DNA of 64,000 nt from Actinomycetes bacterium (GCA_037142235.1 JBAXBB010000001.1:7784-71783); one strand, 5' to 3'; shown: positions 43,225 through 53,677, counted from the stretch's first letter. The notes: generated from the sequence alone by a model not told the origin. Numbers and translations: made by a program.

Positions 43225-44423
43225 TTCCGTTCGCGGCCGATCCGCTCTTCGCTCACGGCATCGACCTCACTGTCGTGGTGATCCTGATCGTCAAGACCGT
43301 CGCGGTCTTCGCGGTGATGATGATCGCGGTCCTGTTCTACGTGTGGTTCATGCGCAAGGTCATCGCCGACATGCAGAACCGCATCGGCCCGCAGCGAGCG
43401 GGTCCCTTCGGTGTGCTCCAGGCCCTGGCCGACGGCACCAAGCTGTTCTTCAAAGAGCAGTCGACGCCGGACTCCGCCGACCCGGCGGTGTTCCGCCTTG
43501 CGCCCTACCTGGCGATCATCCCGGCCTTCATGGCCTTCGCGATCGTGCCGATCGGTGGACTGGTCACGGTCGCCGGCCACCGCACCTACCTGCAGCTGGC
43601 CGATCCCTCCATCGGGATCCTCTGGCTGCTGATGATGTCGGGAATCGGTCTCTACGGCGTGATGCTCGCCGGCTGGTCCTCCGGCTCGAAGTACCCGCTG
43701 CTCGGCTCGGTCCGCGCCTCGGCCCAGCTCCTCAGCTACGAGGCCGCGCTGGGGCTCGCGGTCATCGGCGTGCTGATCCACTCGGGCACGTTGTCCACCC
43801 GTGGCATCGTGAACCAGCAGCCGTGGACCAACTGGCACTCGTTCGTCAGCGACTGGTTCTGGCTCCCGGCGATCGGCGCCTTCATCATCTTCGTCATTGC
43901 GGCCTTCGCCGAGACCAACCACCCGCCGTTCGACCTCGTCGAGGCCGAGCAGGAGCTGGTCGGTGGTTTTCACACCGAGTACACGGGGATCCGCTTCGCG
44001 ATCTTCTTCCTGGCGGAGTTCATGAACCTCGTCACGATGTGCGCGATCGCCGCCACGCTCTTCCTGGGCGGGCCATCGGGTCCTGCCCTGGGCTTCCTGG
44101 CCGCCGGCAACTGGGTCAACGTCTGGATCATGCCGGTGTTCTGGTTCGTCCTGAAGGTGGTCGTGCTGCTCTACGCCACGGTGTGGGTCCGGGCCACGCT
44201 GCCCCGGATGCGCTATGACCAGTTGATGTCGTTCGGCTGGAAGTACCTCATCGAACTCGCCTTCGTGTGGGCGATGATCACCGGAGTCGTCGTGGTGGGC
44301 GCGAACGAGGGTTGGAACCGCTGGGTCACCGTGCCCGCCGCGATCGCGGGTGCGGCGATGCTCCTCGGTGTGCTGTGGCTCTGTCTGCCCAAGCAGGGTG
44401 AAGCCGTGGAGGAGATCCGCTGA
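43221..44423 (+). CDS. nuoH: NADH-quinone oxidoreductase subunit H
   Basis: [35 protein letters not shown]...[24 protein letters not shown]. Confidence 0.95.
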   Translation: MIPFAADPLFAHGIDLTVVVILIVKTVAVFAVMMIAVLFYVWFMRKVIADMQNRIGPQRAGPFGVLQALADGTKLFFKEQSTPDSADPAVFRLAPYLAIIPAFMAFAIVPIGGLVTVAGHRTYLQLADPSIGILWLLMMSGIGLYGVMLAGWSSGSKYPLLGSVRASAQLLSYEAALGLAVIGVLIHSGTLSTRGIVNQQPWTNWHSFVSDWFWLPAIGAFIIFVIAAFAETNHPPFDLVEAEQELVGGFHTEYTGIRFAIFFLAEFMNLVTMCAIAATLFLGGPSGPALGFLAAGNWVNVWIMPVFWFVLKVVVLLYATVWVRATLPRMRYDQLMSFGWKYLIELAFVWAMITGVVVVGANEGWNRWVTVPAAIAGAAMLLGVLWLCLPKQGEAVEEIR

Positions 44424-45100
44424 TGGGCCGGTTCAGTGGCTTTCGCGTGACGATCGGCCAGGTCGGCAAGGTCGTCACCACCAACTACCCCGACGAGAAG
44501 CGCCCGAAGCCCACCCGCTTCCACGGTCGGCACGTCCTCAACCGCTACGAGGACGGCATGGAGAAGTGCATCGGCTGTGAGCTGTGCGCAGGCGTTTGCC
44601 CGGCCCGGTGCATCTACGTGCGGGGCGCCGACAACCCCCCTGACTCCCCGGTCTCACCCGGTGAGCGCTTCGGCTTCGTCTACGAGATCAACTACCTCCG
44701 GTGCATCCACTGCGACCTGTGCGTGGAGGCGTGCCCCACGGGCGCGATCACCGAGACGAAGTTGTTCGAGTTCTCGTTCACGAACCGCTCCGACGCCATC
44801 TACACGAAGTCGGAGCTGCTCGTCGACGACGACGGCCGGGCCCGGCGCCAGCCGTGGGAGTTGTGGCTCGGCGGCGAGGACGACGAGACCAGCGCCTGGA
44901 TGCGGGCGACCTCCCCCGCCGGTCAGGCCGCCTTCGAGGGTCGGGTCGGCTGGTCGGGCGAACTCGGATTCGGCGTGCGCCCCCCGGAGCAGGGTCAGAC
45001 CGCGGTTCTCGAGCCCGAGCCGGTGCACGACCACGCACACGAAACGCACGCACACGGGGGGCACGGCCACGACGCGCAGGACGCGGGGGAACACCATTGA
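44423..45100 (+). CDS. nuoI: NADH-quinone oxidoreductase subunit I with His-rich C-terminal tail
   Basis: [12 protein letters not shown] and [12 protein letters not shown]. The tail reads [25 protein letters not shown]. Confidence 0.95.
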   Translation: MGRFSGFRVTIGQVGKVVTTNYPDEKRPKPTRFHGRHVLNRYEDGMEKCIGCELCAGVCPARCIYVRGADNPPDSPVSPGERFGFVYEINYLRCIHCDLCVEACPTGAITETKLFEFSFTNRSDAIYTKSELLVDDDGRARRQPWELWLGGEDDETSAWMRATSPAGQAAFEGRVGWSGELGFGVRPPEQGQTAVLEPEPVHDHAHETHAHGGHGHDAQDAGEHH

Positions 45101-45645
45101 TCGCGTTCGTCTTCTTCCTCGCGGCCGCCGCGGCGCTCGCCGGCGCACTCGGCGTCGTGCTGGCGCGCAACCCGGTCCACTCGGCCCTGTTCCTCGTGAT
45201 GACCCTCATCAGCGTGGCCGTGCTGTTCCTGCTCCAGGATGCCGAACTGCTCGCCGCGGTCCAGGTGATCGTCTACGCGAGCGCGATCGTCGTGCTGTTC
45301 CTCTTCGTGATCATGCTCCTCGGCGTCGATCGGGAGGAGTCGACCGAGGATCCGATCCCCTACCAGCGGCCCGCCACCTTCGCGCTCGGGTTGATCCTCC
45401 TCGCCGAACTGGTCTTCCTCAGTGGTCACGTCTGGGCCACCGGCCAGCACACGGCTCGGGGCGTCCCGGTCACCGGCGGCGGGTTCGGCAACAACGTCGA
45501 GCGGATCGCCCGGGTGCTCTTCACGGACTTCCTCTGGACCTTCGAGATCACGGCGGTCCTGCTGGTGATCGCGGTCGTCGGTGCCGTCGTACTCGCGCGT
45601 CGCAGCGGACAGCGTCACGACGCCGACGACGAGGTGCTGGCATGA
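45097..45645 (+). CDS. nuoJ: NADH-quinone oxidoreductase subunit J
   Basis: TTG at 45097 overlaps the nuoI stop (TTGA). [24 protein letters not shown]...[18 protein letters not shown]. Confidence 0.85.
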   Translation: MIAFVFFLAAAAALAGALGVVLARNPVHSALFLVMTLISVAVLFLLQDAELLAAVQVIVYASAIVVLFLFVIMLLGVDREESTEDPIPYQRPATFALGLILLAELVFLSGHVWATGQHTARGVPVTGGGFGNNVERIARVLFTDFLWTFEITAVLLVIAVVGAVVLARRSGQRHDADDEVLA

Positions 45646-45962
45646 CCTTCGCCACCTACACGATCACCGACACCTACTACCTGGTGCTGGCGGCGATGCT
45701 CTTCACCATCGGCGCCGTGGGGGTCCTCACCCGCCGCAACGTCCTCGTGATGTTCATGTGCGTCGAGTTGATGCTCAACGCCGTCAACCTCACGTTCGTG
45801 GCCTTCGCCCACACCTTGAACGACGTCGCCGGGCAGGTCATCGTGTTCTTCACGCTGGTCGTCGCCGCCGCCGAGGTGGCGGTGGGTCTGGCCATCATCG
45901 TCGTCATCTTCCGTCGCCGTCGACACGCCACCGCCGACGACCTCGCGGCCTTGAAGGGCTGA
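45642..45962 (+). CDS. nuoK: NADH-quinone oxidoreductase subunit K
   Basis: [17 protein letters not shown]...[17 protein letters not shown] overlaps the nuoJ stop (ATGA). Confidence 0.9.
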   Translation: MTFATYTITDTYYLVLAAMLFTIGAVGVLTRRNVLVMFMCVELMLNAVNLTFVAFAHTLNDVAGQVIVFFTLVVAAAEVAVGLAIIVVIFRRRRHATADDLAALKG

Positions 45963-45987
45963 CCGTCATGCCGACCGGAGCCCGCCC

Positions 45988-48057
45988 GTGAACTCCCGCG
46001 ACGTCCTCGACCTGATCTGGATCGTCCCCGTCCTCCCGTTGCTGGGGTCGGCGGTCCTGTTGCTCTTCGGCCGCCGCCTCGGTGAGCCCCGGGCCGGGTG
46101 GTTGGCATCGGCGCTCATGGTCGCCGCCTTCGCGATGTCGTGCTGGATGCTCGGCGCACTGCTCGGGCTCCCGGCTGACGGTCGGCTGGAGGTGCACCGA
46201 CTCTTCACCTGGCTGCCGGCCGGTTCGTTCAGTGTGAACGTCGGGACTCAGGCCGATCCGTTGTCGGTGATCTGGATCCTCCTCGTCACCGGGGTGGGCA
46301 GCCTGATCCACATCTACTCGCTCGGGTACATGCGCGGAGACCGCCTCTACACGCGGTTCTTCGCGTACCTCAACCTCTTCGCGGCGATGATGCTCATCCT
46401 GGTCCTCGCCGACAACTTCCTCCTGACCTTTCTGGGCTGGGAGGGGGTCGGGCTGGCCTCGTACCTGCTCATCTCGTTCTGGTACGAGCGCACCTCGGCG
46501 GCGGTCGCCGGCAAGAAGGCGTTCATCACCAACCGGGTGGGCGACGTCGGCTTCTTGATCGCGATGTTCTTGATGATCTCCACCTACGGCACGCTGAGCT
46601 ACACCGCGACCGGTCCGGCGGCCAAGGTGATCGGGAGCGGGGTCGCCACGGCGATCGGCCTGTTGCTCTTCGTCGGCGCGATGGGCAAGAGCGCGCAGAT
46701 CCCGCTGCACGTCTGGCTCACCGACGCCATGGAGGGTCCGACTCCCGTGTCGGCCCTGATCCACGCCGCCACGATGGTCACGGCGGGCGTCTTTTTGATG
46801 TGCCGGTCGCACGTCTTCCTGGAGGCGGGATCGGGTACCTCGACGGTGATCGCCTGGGTGGGTGCGGCGACGGCGTTGCTGGCCGGTCTGGTGGCAGTCA
46901 CGCAACCCGACATCAAACGCGTCCTCGCCTACTCGACGATCAGTCAGCTGGGCTACATGTTCCTCGCCATCGGCGTGCACGCCTACGTGGCGGCGGTGTT
47001 CATGGTGCTGTGCCACGCCTTCTACAAGGGCTGCCTCTTCCTCGGTGCCGGATCGGTGATCCACGGCAACGCCGAGAACCAGGACCTGCGGATCATGGGC
47101 GCGTTCAAGAAGTTCATGCCCTTCACGGCGGCCTTCATGACCGTCGCCTGGCTGGCCATCGCCGGGCTCCCGCCGTTCGCGGGGTTCTGGTCGAAGGACG
47201 ACATCTTGGTGAACGCCTTCGGGTCCCACAGCTACGGCGTCTGGGCGGTCGGCACCGTCGCCGCGATCGTCACCGGCATCTACATGACCCGGTTGATCCT
47301 GCTCACCTTCTACGGCAACTCCCGGTCGGGCGCCGAGATCACCGTCCTGCCCGTGGTGGCCGGCGGCTCCGACGACGGTCACGACCACCCCGACCACACC
47401 CACCACGCCGACCACGGCGACCACGGCTTCGATCCCGATTACCTCCCGACCGTCCAGTTCGGCGAGACGCCGCGGGAGTCCCGTCTGCACGGACACGCTC
47501 CCCACGAGAGCCCGGTCGTCATGCTGTTCCCGTTGGGGATCCTCGCCCTGCTCGCCGCCGTGGGCGGACTGCTCAACCTGCCCATCGGCAACCTCGACTT
47601 CCTCGGCCGGTTCCTCGAGCCAGTGTTCTCCTCGGTGCACGAGACCACCGTCTCGACCGGGACCCAGCTCACGGTCGAGGCGATCTCGGTGGTCTGCGCA
47701 CTGGCGGGGGTCCTCGTGGCGTTCCGCTTCTACCGGCGGGGTCTCGCCGCTCCGGGCCACGACCCCATCGTCGACGGGCTGGCACCCGCCACCAAGGTGG
47801 CCGGCCACGCGTTCTACCTCGACGAGGGGATCGCGAAGCTCGTCGACGGGCCGGGTCGCGCCGGGGCCTCCTGGCTCGACCGGGTCTTCGACCAGAAGAT
47901 CATCGACGGTGCCGTCAACGGCACCGGTTGGCTCTTCCAGTGGAAGGCCCGCGTGCTCTCGAAGGCCGAGGACGGGTTCGTGCGGCGCTACGCGCTCGCG
48001 ATCATCCTGGGCACGACCGCGATCCTCCTCTTCCTCCTCCTGTGGGCAGGTCGGTGA
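45988..48057 (+). CDS. nuoL: NADH-quinone oxidoreductase subunit L (His/Asp-rich insertion)
   Basis: GWEGVGLASYLLISFWYE...GKSAQIPLHVWLTDAMEGPTPVSALIHAATMVTAGV. The insertion reads GGSDDGHDHPDHTHHADHGDHGFDPD. Confidence 0.95.
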   Translation: MNSRDVLDLIWIVPVLPLLGSAVLLLFGRRLGEPRAGWLASALMVAAFAMSCWMLGALLGLPADGRLEVHRLFTWLPAGSFSVNVGTQADPLSVIWILLVTGVGSLIHIYSLGYMRGDRLYTRFFAYLNLFAAMMLILVLADNFLLTFLGWEGVGLASYLLISFWYERTSAAVAGKKAFITNRVGDVGFLIAMFLMISTYGTLSYTATGPAAKVIGSGVATAIGLLLFVGAMGKSAQIPLHVWLTDAMEGPTPVSALIHAATMVTAGVFLMCRSHVFLEAGSGTSTVIAWVGAATALLAGLVAVTQPDIKRVLAYSTISQLGYMFLAIGVHAYVAAVFMVLCHAFYKGCLFLGAGSVIHGNAENQDLRIMGAFKKFMPFTAAFMTVAWLAIAGLPPFAGFWSKDDILVNAFGSHSYGVWAVGTVAAIVTGIYMTRLILLTFYGNSRSGAEITVLPVVAGGSDDGHDHPDHTHHADHGDHGFDPDYLPTVQFGETPRESRLHGHAPHESPVVMLFPLGILALLAAVGGLLNLPIGNLDFLGRFLEPVFSSVHETTVSTGTQLTVEAISVVCALAGVLVAFRFYRRGLAAPGHDPIVDGLAPATKVAGHAFYLDEGIAKLVDGPGRAGASWLDRVFDQKIIDGAVNGTGWLFQWKARVLSKAEDGFVRRYALAIILGTTAILLFLLLWAGR

Positions 48058-48059
48058 CC

Positions 48060-49634
48060 ATGGACTTCCCCCTCCTGCTCGCGATCCTGGCCATCCCCGC
48101 GCTCGGGGGGATCGTCGTGGCGCTCCTACCTGCGCACCGCCCGGAGATCGCCAAGGCGCTCGGCTACGCGTTCTCGTTCGCCACCGCGGCGTTGAGCGTC
48201 TACATGCTCTGCAGGTTCCACACGCACAAGGCCGGCTTCCAGTTCGTCTGGGACAAGCCGTGGATCCCCGGTCTCGGGGTGCGGTTCATCCTCGGGGTCG
48301 ACGGCATCAGCCTGTTCATGATCGTGGCGACGGCCGTGCTCTTCCCGATCGGTCTGCTCGCCTCCGAGAAGTACATCCAGGTGCGGGTCAAGGCCTACGT
48401 CGCCTGGTTCTTGCTCCTCGAGGTGGCGATCCTCGGCATCTTCCTCTCGCTGGACCTCATCCAGTTCTTCGTGTTCTGGGAGCTCCTGCTCGTCCCGATG
48501 TACTTCCTCATCCTGGGCTGGGGATCAGAACGCCGGAAGTACGCCGCCACGAAGTTCTTCATCTACACGGCGGTCGGTTCGGCCTTCATGCTGGCCTCCA
48601 CGCTGGTGCTCGGTTTCTTGCACCAGTCGGCCACCGGCAAGCTGACCTTCGACTTCCGCGCCCTCGCCGCCTGGAACGGGTTGTCCGGGACGGCCGAGGT
48701 GCTCCTGTTCATCGGGTTCATGCTCGCCTTCGCCATCAAGGCGCCGTTGTTCCCGTTCCACACCTGGCTCCCCGACGTCCACACCGAGGCGCCCACCGCC
48801 GGCTCGGTCGTCCTGGCGGGCGTGATCATCAAGATGGGCGCCTACGGGTTCATCCGCTTCTCGTTCGAACTCTTTCCGCAGGCGAGTGTCGATCTCGCCC
48901 CGATCATCCTTGTGCTCGCCGTGATCGGGATCATCTACGGGGCCGTTGTCGCCGCGATGCAGACCGATCTCAAGCGCGTCATCGCCTATTCGTCGGTGGC
49001 TCACATGGGCTTCGTGATCCTGGGCATCTTCTCGCTCACGATCATCGGGCTCGACGGCGCGGTCTTCACCATGGTGAGCCACCCGCTCACGACCGGTGCG
49101 CTGTTCTTGGTGCTCGGGATGTTCTACGAGCGCCTGCACACGCGCGAGATCGGTGAGATGGGCGGCCTCTGGCGCCCGGCCCCGGTCCTCACCGGCCTCT
49201 TCCTGGTGTCCATGTTCGCCGGAATCGGCCTGCCCGGCTTCTCGGGCTTCATCGGCGAGTTCCTCTCGATGCTCGGAGCCTTCGTCTACGACCGCCCCTT
49301 CGCCATCGTGGCCGCGATCGGGGTGATCTTCGCCGCCGTCTACATGTTGTGGGCGTTCCAACGGGCGTTCACCGGGAAGGTCCGGGCCAGCGCCGCCAAG
49401 ATCCGCGACGCCAGCTTCCGCGAGGTCGTGGTCGTGGTGCCGCTGCTCGCGCTGTCGCTCTTCCTGGGCATCTACCCGAAGCCGGTCCTCGACCGGATCG
49501 AGCCGGCGACGCACCGGTACGTCACCATCTTCGAGAAGAAGACCGACTTCCGGAGCCCGGAGCACTCCCGTGACCGGCTTGCGAAGATCGCGAAGGTGGC
49601 GCGCAGCGCCGCGCAGCAGCGGGGTGGCAAGTGA
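48060..49634 (+). CDS. nuoM: NADH-quinone oxidoreductase subunit M
   Basis: FFVFWELLLVPMYFLILGWG...KAPLFPFHTWLPDVHTEAPTAGSVVLAGV. Confidence 0.95.
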   Translation: MDFPLLLAILAIPALGGIVVALLPAHRPEIAKALGYAFSFATAALSVYMLCRFHTHKAGFQFVWDKPWIPGLGVRFILGVDGISLFMIVATAVLFPIGLLASEKYIQVRVKAYVAWFLLLEVAILGIFLSLDLIQFFVFWELLLVPMYFLILGWGSERRKYAATKFFIYTAVGSAFMLASTLVLGFLHQSATGKLTFDFRALAAWNGLSGTAEVLLFIGFMLAFAIKAPLFPFHTWLPDVHTEAPTAGSVVLAGVIIKMGAYGFIRFSFELFPQASVDLAPIILVLAVIGIIYGAVVAAMQTDLKRVIAYSSVAHMGFVILGIFSLTIIGLDGAVFTMVSHPLTTGALFLVLGMFYERLHTREIGEMGGLWRPAPVLTGLFLVSMFAGIGLPGFSGFIGEFLSMLGAFVYDRPFAIVAAIGVIFAAVYMLWAFQRAFTGKVRASAAKIRDASFREVVVVVPLLALSLFLGIYPKPVLDRIEPATHRYVTIFEKKTDFRSPEHSRDRLAKIAKVARSAAQQRGGK

Positions 49635-51136
49635 TCGCAGTGACCGTTCCCATCGAGACCCCCACGGTCAACCTGTGGGCGCTCGCGCCGATCGTCGCCC
49701 TCGTGGGCGGTGGGGTCGGCGTGGTCCTGCTGCGAGCCCTGCTCCGCCGACACCGGGCGGTCACGCCGCTCTCCTTCGCGCTCGCGTTGGTGAGCGTCGC
49801 GGTCTCGGGCGGCTTCCTCTACCGCCAGTGGCACCTCGTCCGCGACCACGGGGCGATCACGACGATGGCCGGGATGGTTCGCGTCGATCCCTTCGCCGTG
49901 TTCATCGGGATCGTGATCGGTGCCGCGACCGCCATGGGTCTGCTGATCGCCTACTCCTACCTCAAGCGGGAGGGTCTCGAGGGGCCCGAGTACCTGGCCC
50001 TCGTGCTCCTGTCGGCGTCCGGCATGGTGATGATGTCGGTCGCCAACGACCTGGTCGCGGTGTTCGTCGCCCTCGAGGTGCTCTCCATCCCGCTCTACGT
50101 GCTCGCGGCCTTCGACCGCCGCCGCCTCACGTCGCAGGAGGCGGGCCTCAAGTACTTCGTCCTGGGAGCGTTCTCGTCGGCGATCTTCCTCTACGGCATC
50201 GCGTTGGTCTACGGCGGGACGGGCACGACCTCGCTCACCGGCATCGCCGACTTCCTGGCCAAGAACACGCTGTTCGAGCAGGGGACCCTTCTCGCGGGAA
50301 TCGGCCTGTTGATCGTCGGGCTCGGTTTCAAGGTCGCCGCGGTCCCGTTCCACATGTGGACTCCGGACGTCTACGAGGGTGCCCCCACGCCGGTCACGGC
50401 CTTCATGTCGACCGCCACCAAGGCGGCCGCCTTCGCCGCCCTCCTGCGTATCGTCACCGTGGCGTTCCCGCAGCTCCGCGACGACTGGCGTCCGGTGATC
50501 TGGGTCCTGGCCGCACTCTCCCTGCTGGTGGGGAGCATCGCCGCCATCGCGCAGAACGACATCAAGCGCATCCTGGCGTACTCATCGATCGCACACGCGG
50601 GGTACATCCTCATGGCGGTCTACGCGAGCAGCTCGCGGGGTCGTGAAGCGGCCGTGCTCTACCTGCTCGTCTACACGTTCATGTCGATCGGGGCTTTCTC
50701 GATCGTCATGGTCCTGAGCCACCACGGCGACGCCGAGCACACCCTCGACGGGTACCGCGGCCTCGCGCTGCGCCGCCCCCTGCTGGGTGGGCTCCTCATC
50801 TTCTTCGTGCTGGCCCAGGCGGGCATTCCCCTGACGAGCGGCTTCGTCGGGAAGCTCGAGATCTTCGCCTCGGTCGCACAGGCGAAGTCCTACGTGCTGC
50901 TCGTGATCGGCGTGGTCTCGGCCGTGATCGCGACGTTCTTCTACCTGCGGATCGCGCTGACGCTGGTGTCGGCCCCCGACGACGACACGGCGGTGGAGGC
51001 GAGCCTCGCCGTGCCGCGACGGGTCGACGGGTGGACCGGGGTGGTCATCGCGGCCGCGGCCGTGGTCACCCTGTTCATCGGAGTCGCCCCGGGCCTGTTC
51101 ATCCACTTCGCTCGCGACGCGGTCTTTTTCCTCTGA
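49631..51136 (+). CDS. nuoN: NADH-quinone oxidoreductase subunit N
   Basis: FKVAAVPFHMWTPDVYEGAPTPVTAFMSTATKAAAF...ILAYSSIAHAGY. Confidence 0.95.
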   Translation: MIAVTVPIETPTVNLWALAPIVALVGGGVGVVLLRALLRRHRAVTPLSFALALVSVAVSGGFLYRQWHLVRDHGAITTMAGMVRVDPFAVFIGIVIGAATAMGLLIAYSYLKREGLEGPEYLALVLLSASGMVMMSVANDLVAVFVALEVLSIPLYVLAAFDRRRLTSQEAGLKYFVLGAFSSAIFLYGIALVYGGTGTTSLTGIADFLAKNTLFEQGTLLAGIGLLIVGLGFKVAAVPFHMWTPDVYEGAPTPVTAFMSTATKAAAFAALLRIVTVAFPQLRDDWRPVIWVLAALSLLVGSIAAIAQNDIKRILAYSSIAHAGYILMAVYASSSRGREAAVLYLLVYTFMSIGAFSIVMVLSHHGDAEHTLDGYRGLALRRPLLGGLLIFFVLAQAGIPLTSGFVGKLEIFASVAQAKSYVLLVIGVVSAVIATFFYLRIALTLVSAPDDDTAVEASLAVPRRVDGWTGVVIAAAAVVTLFIGVAPGLFIHFARDAVFFL

Positions 51137-51170
51137 TCCCGGCCCGGCTGGTGCCGGACTCCGCCGTCGG

Positions 51171-52004
51171 TCAGAGGCCGAAGAGTTGCCGGGCGTTGCC
51201 ACCGAGGATTCGGGCCTGGTCGTCGTGGGAGAGCGACGACTCGAGGATCTGGGGCACCAGGTGACTGATCCGGCGCCCGAGTGGTGGCGAGTAGAGGTCG
51301 GTCCCGAAGACCACACGCTCCGCTCCGAACTGCTGGGCGAAGCGCTCGAGGAAGTCGAAGTTGTACGACAGGCTCGTGTCGAACAACAGGTTCGGACAGC
51401 GCTCGGCGACGGTGAAGGCCTCGCGGGTGCCCTCGAACGACGAGAAGGCGTCGAGCACCAGCATCGGGAGGTCGGGGAACGCGCGGGCGACGTCGGCGGT
51501 CTTCCACAGCGCCTCGTCGGACGATTCGGTCAGAGCGTGCAGCACGGGGACGAGCCCGAGCCCCCCCATCCGCTCGACGCAGCGGTGCACCCACGGGCTG
51601 TCCATCGACACGCCCTGGAAGCGGGCGTGGAAGCTGATCCCGCGCAGTCCGAGGTCGGTGACGCACCGGTCGAGCTCCGGGAGGCACGCCTCCTCGAACA
51701 TGGGCTCGACCACGCCGACGGCCACGGGAAATCGGGCGGGCCGGGCGTCGCGGTAGGCGGCGATGCGGTCGTTGAGCGCCCGCGTGTCGGCGGCTCCGTT
51801 GGCGCGCGGGTAGGCGTGGCCGGGGATCACCACGGCCTGGGCGACTCCGCCGGCGTCCATGATCGCCAGGCGGGCCTCCTGCTCGGCGGTGACCGCCGCT
51901 CCCGGGGCATCGTCGTCGCCCGTGAGGGGCATGAACGACCGGACGTCGCCGACGTGGTGGTGACAGTCGAGGATCTCGATCGGGGCGGCCATGGACCCGG
52001 ACAC
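51171..52004 (-). CDS. Amidohydrolase family (TIM-barrel metal-dependent hydrolase)
   Basis: ILDCHHHVG near the N-terminus, ...FHARFQG..., ...VFGTDLY. The start could be GTG at 52004 or ATG at 51992. Confidence 0.7.
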   Translation of the reverse strand: MSGSMAAPIEILDCHHHVGDVRSFMPLTGDDDAPGAAVTAEQEARLAIMDAGGVAQAVVIPGHAYPRANGAADTRALNDRIAAYRDARPARFPVAVGVVEPMFEEACLPELDRCVTDLGLRGISFHARFQGVSMDSPWVHRCVERMGGLGLVPVLHALTESSDEALWKTADVARAFPDLPMLVLDAFSSFEGTREAFTVAERCPNLLFDTSLSYNFDFLERFAQQFGAERVVFGTDLYSPPLGRRISHLVPQILESSLSHDDQARILGGNARQLFGL

Positions 52005-52019
52005 TACGACCGCCGGACC

Positions 52020-52025
52020 TAGGCT
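52020..52025 (+). promoter_or_regulatory. -10 box TAGGCT, 6 nt before the in-frame GTG at 52032 (leaderless rpiA)
   Basis: taggct at 52020-52025, then gtgggc, then GTG. Confidence 0.4.
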
Positions 52026-52031
52026 GTGGGC

Positions 52032-52694
52032 GTGTCGGCAGCGCTCGATCCACAGACGGCCCAGAAGAAGGCGGCTGCTGAACGGGCGGTCGAGTGGGTC
52101 CGGTCGGGCATGACCGTCGGGCTCGGCACCGGGTCCACGGCGATCTGGGCGATCCGGGGTATCGGCGCGGCGTTGGCCGACGGCTCGCTGCGCGACGTCG
52201 TGTGCATCCCGACGTCGGAGGTGAGCGCGGCGGCGGCCCGAGAGCTCGACATCCCGTTGGTCACGTTCGACGACCGGACGGTGATCGACCTCACGATCGA
52301 CGGCGCCGACGAGGTCGATCCGGCGCTCGACCTCGTCAAGGGCTACGGGGGGGCGCTCCTCCGGGAGAAGGTCGTCGCCCAGGCGACCCGGCGCCAGGTG
52401 ATCGTGGTCGACGCCTCGAAGCCGTCACCCCGGCTGGGCACCCGGTGCCACGTTCCCGTGGAGGTGTTCGCGCTCGGCGCGCAGGTCGTGCTCCGATCCG
52501 TCGGCGCCGACCCGTTCCTCACCGACGAGGGCAACTGGATCCTCGACGCCGACTTCGGTCCGATCGACGACGTGCCCCGGTTGGCGGCGCTCCTCCAGGC
52601 CCGGGCCGGGATCGTGGAGCACGGGCTCTTCGTGGGTCTCACCCACGATCTCCTGATCGCCGGACCCGACGGGGTCGAGCACCGGACCCTCTAG
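52032..52694 (+). CDS. rpiA: Ribose-5-phosphate isomerase A
   Basis: GMTVGLGTGSTA, IDGADEVD and KGYGGALLREK. The start at 52032 is chosen from the promoter geometry. The ORF-track start is 52026. Confidence 0.9.
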   Translation: MSAALDPQTAQKKAAAERAVEWVRSGMTVGLGTGSTAIWAIRGIGAALADGSLRDVVCIPTSEVSAAAARELDIPLVTFDDRTVIDLTIDGADEVDPALDLVKGYGGALLREKVVAQATRRQVIVVDASKPSPRLGTRCHVPVEVFALGAQVVLRSVGADPFLTDEGNWILDADFGPIDDVPRLAALLQARAGIVEHGLFVGLTHDLLIAGPDGVEHRTL

Positions 52695-52711
52695 GTCGGC
52701 GGCTCGTGGGC

Positions 52712-53677
52712 TCAGGCCCGCCGTCGCCACCAGCGCCGGAGTCGTTGGCGGTTCGGGCGCAGCTCGTGGTCGTCGAGGGCGCGGTGGGCCAGGGCCATGG
52801 CCTGGTCGATCAGCGGCCGGCCGCCGCCGAAGTCGAAGAACTCCCGGTCGTCGGGGGGAGGGGGGAGGACGACGAGTTCGACGTCGGGCGGGACCCACTG
52901 GAGCTCGAGGTCGAAGCGCTGGTCGCGGGAGATCGCCATGGCCCGGACGACCACGTCGAGGGGGGAGCGCAAGGGGCGCTCCCCCATGGGGTCGCTGACG
53001 TCGAGGACGAAGATCCGGTCGACGGGTCCGGCGAGGGCGTGGGAGATCGGCACCAGGTTCACCACCGCCCCGTCGACCAGGGTGCCGCCGCCGTGGGGCA
53101 CCGGGGGGAAGATGCCGGGCAGGGCCGAACTGGCCAGGAGGGCCGGCCGCAGCGGGCCCGAGGCGAACACCATTTCCGACCCGGAGTCGAGGTCGGCGGT
53201 CACGACCCGGAGGGGCACCGCGAGGTCGGAGAAGGCGTCGGGCACGAGCGCATTCTCGATCAGGGCCCGCATCCCCGAGTTGGGGATCAGGTGGTCGTCC
53301 CGGCGGAGGAGGTTCCAGGCCCGGCGCAGGGTCCCTCCGGGGAAGATCGCCTCGCTGGTCAGGCGGGTCCAGACCTCCTCAAGGTGGTCGATTTGGTGTA
53401 TTTCGGGCAAAGTAGCCACCACGGCACCGTTCAGGGCACCGACCGACGTCCCCACGACCACGTCGGGTCGGATCCCCCGCTCGAGCAGGGCGCGCAGCAT
53501 CCCGACCTGGCTCACCCCCTGGTTGCCACCCCCCGAGAGCACGAAGGCCGTCCGGGACTCCCGGACCCGTGGGGTCGTCACCTTGGTCACGCCCCCATGG
53601 TCGCAGGTCGAGGGCCGATCCCGGGGCGCGGAGGTGGGCCCTTCGGCCCGCGGGAACCGCGAGAACTCCGGGCGCAC
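52712..53677 (-). CDS. Patatin-like phospholipase family protein
   Basis: FVLSGGGNQG (oxyanion GGxxG) and GTSVGALNG (GxSxG). The start is uncertain (GTG at 53677 or GTG at 53590). Confidence 0.8.
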   Translation of the reverse strand: MRPEFSRFPRAEGPTSAPRDRPSTCDHGGVTKVTTPRVRESRTAFVLSGGGNQGVSQVGMLRALLERGIRPDVVVGTSVGALNGAVVATLPEIHQIDHLEEVWTRLTSEAIFPGGTLRRAWNLLRRDDHLIPNSGMRALIENALVPDAFSDLAVPLRVVTADLDSGSEMVFASGPLRPALLASSALPGIFPPVPHGGGTLVDGAVVNLVPISHALAGPVDRIFVLDVSDPMGERPLRSPLDVVVRAMAISRDQRFDLELQWVPPDVELVVLPPPPDDREFFDFGGGRPLIDQAMALAHRALDDHELRPNRQRLRRWWRRRA

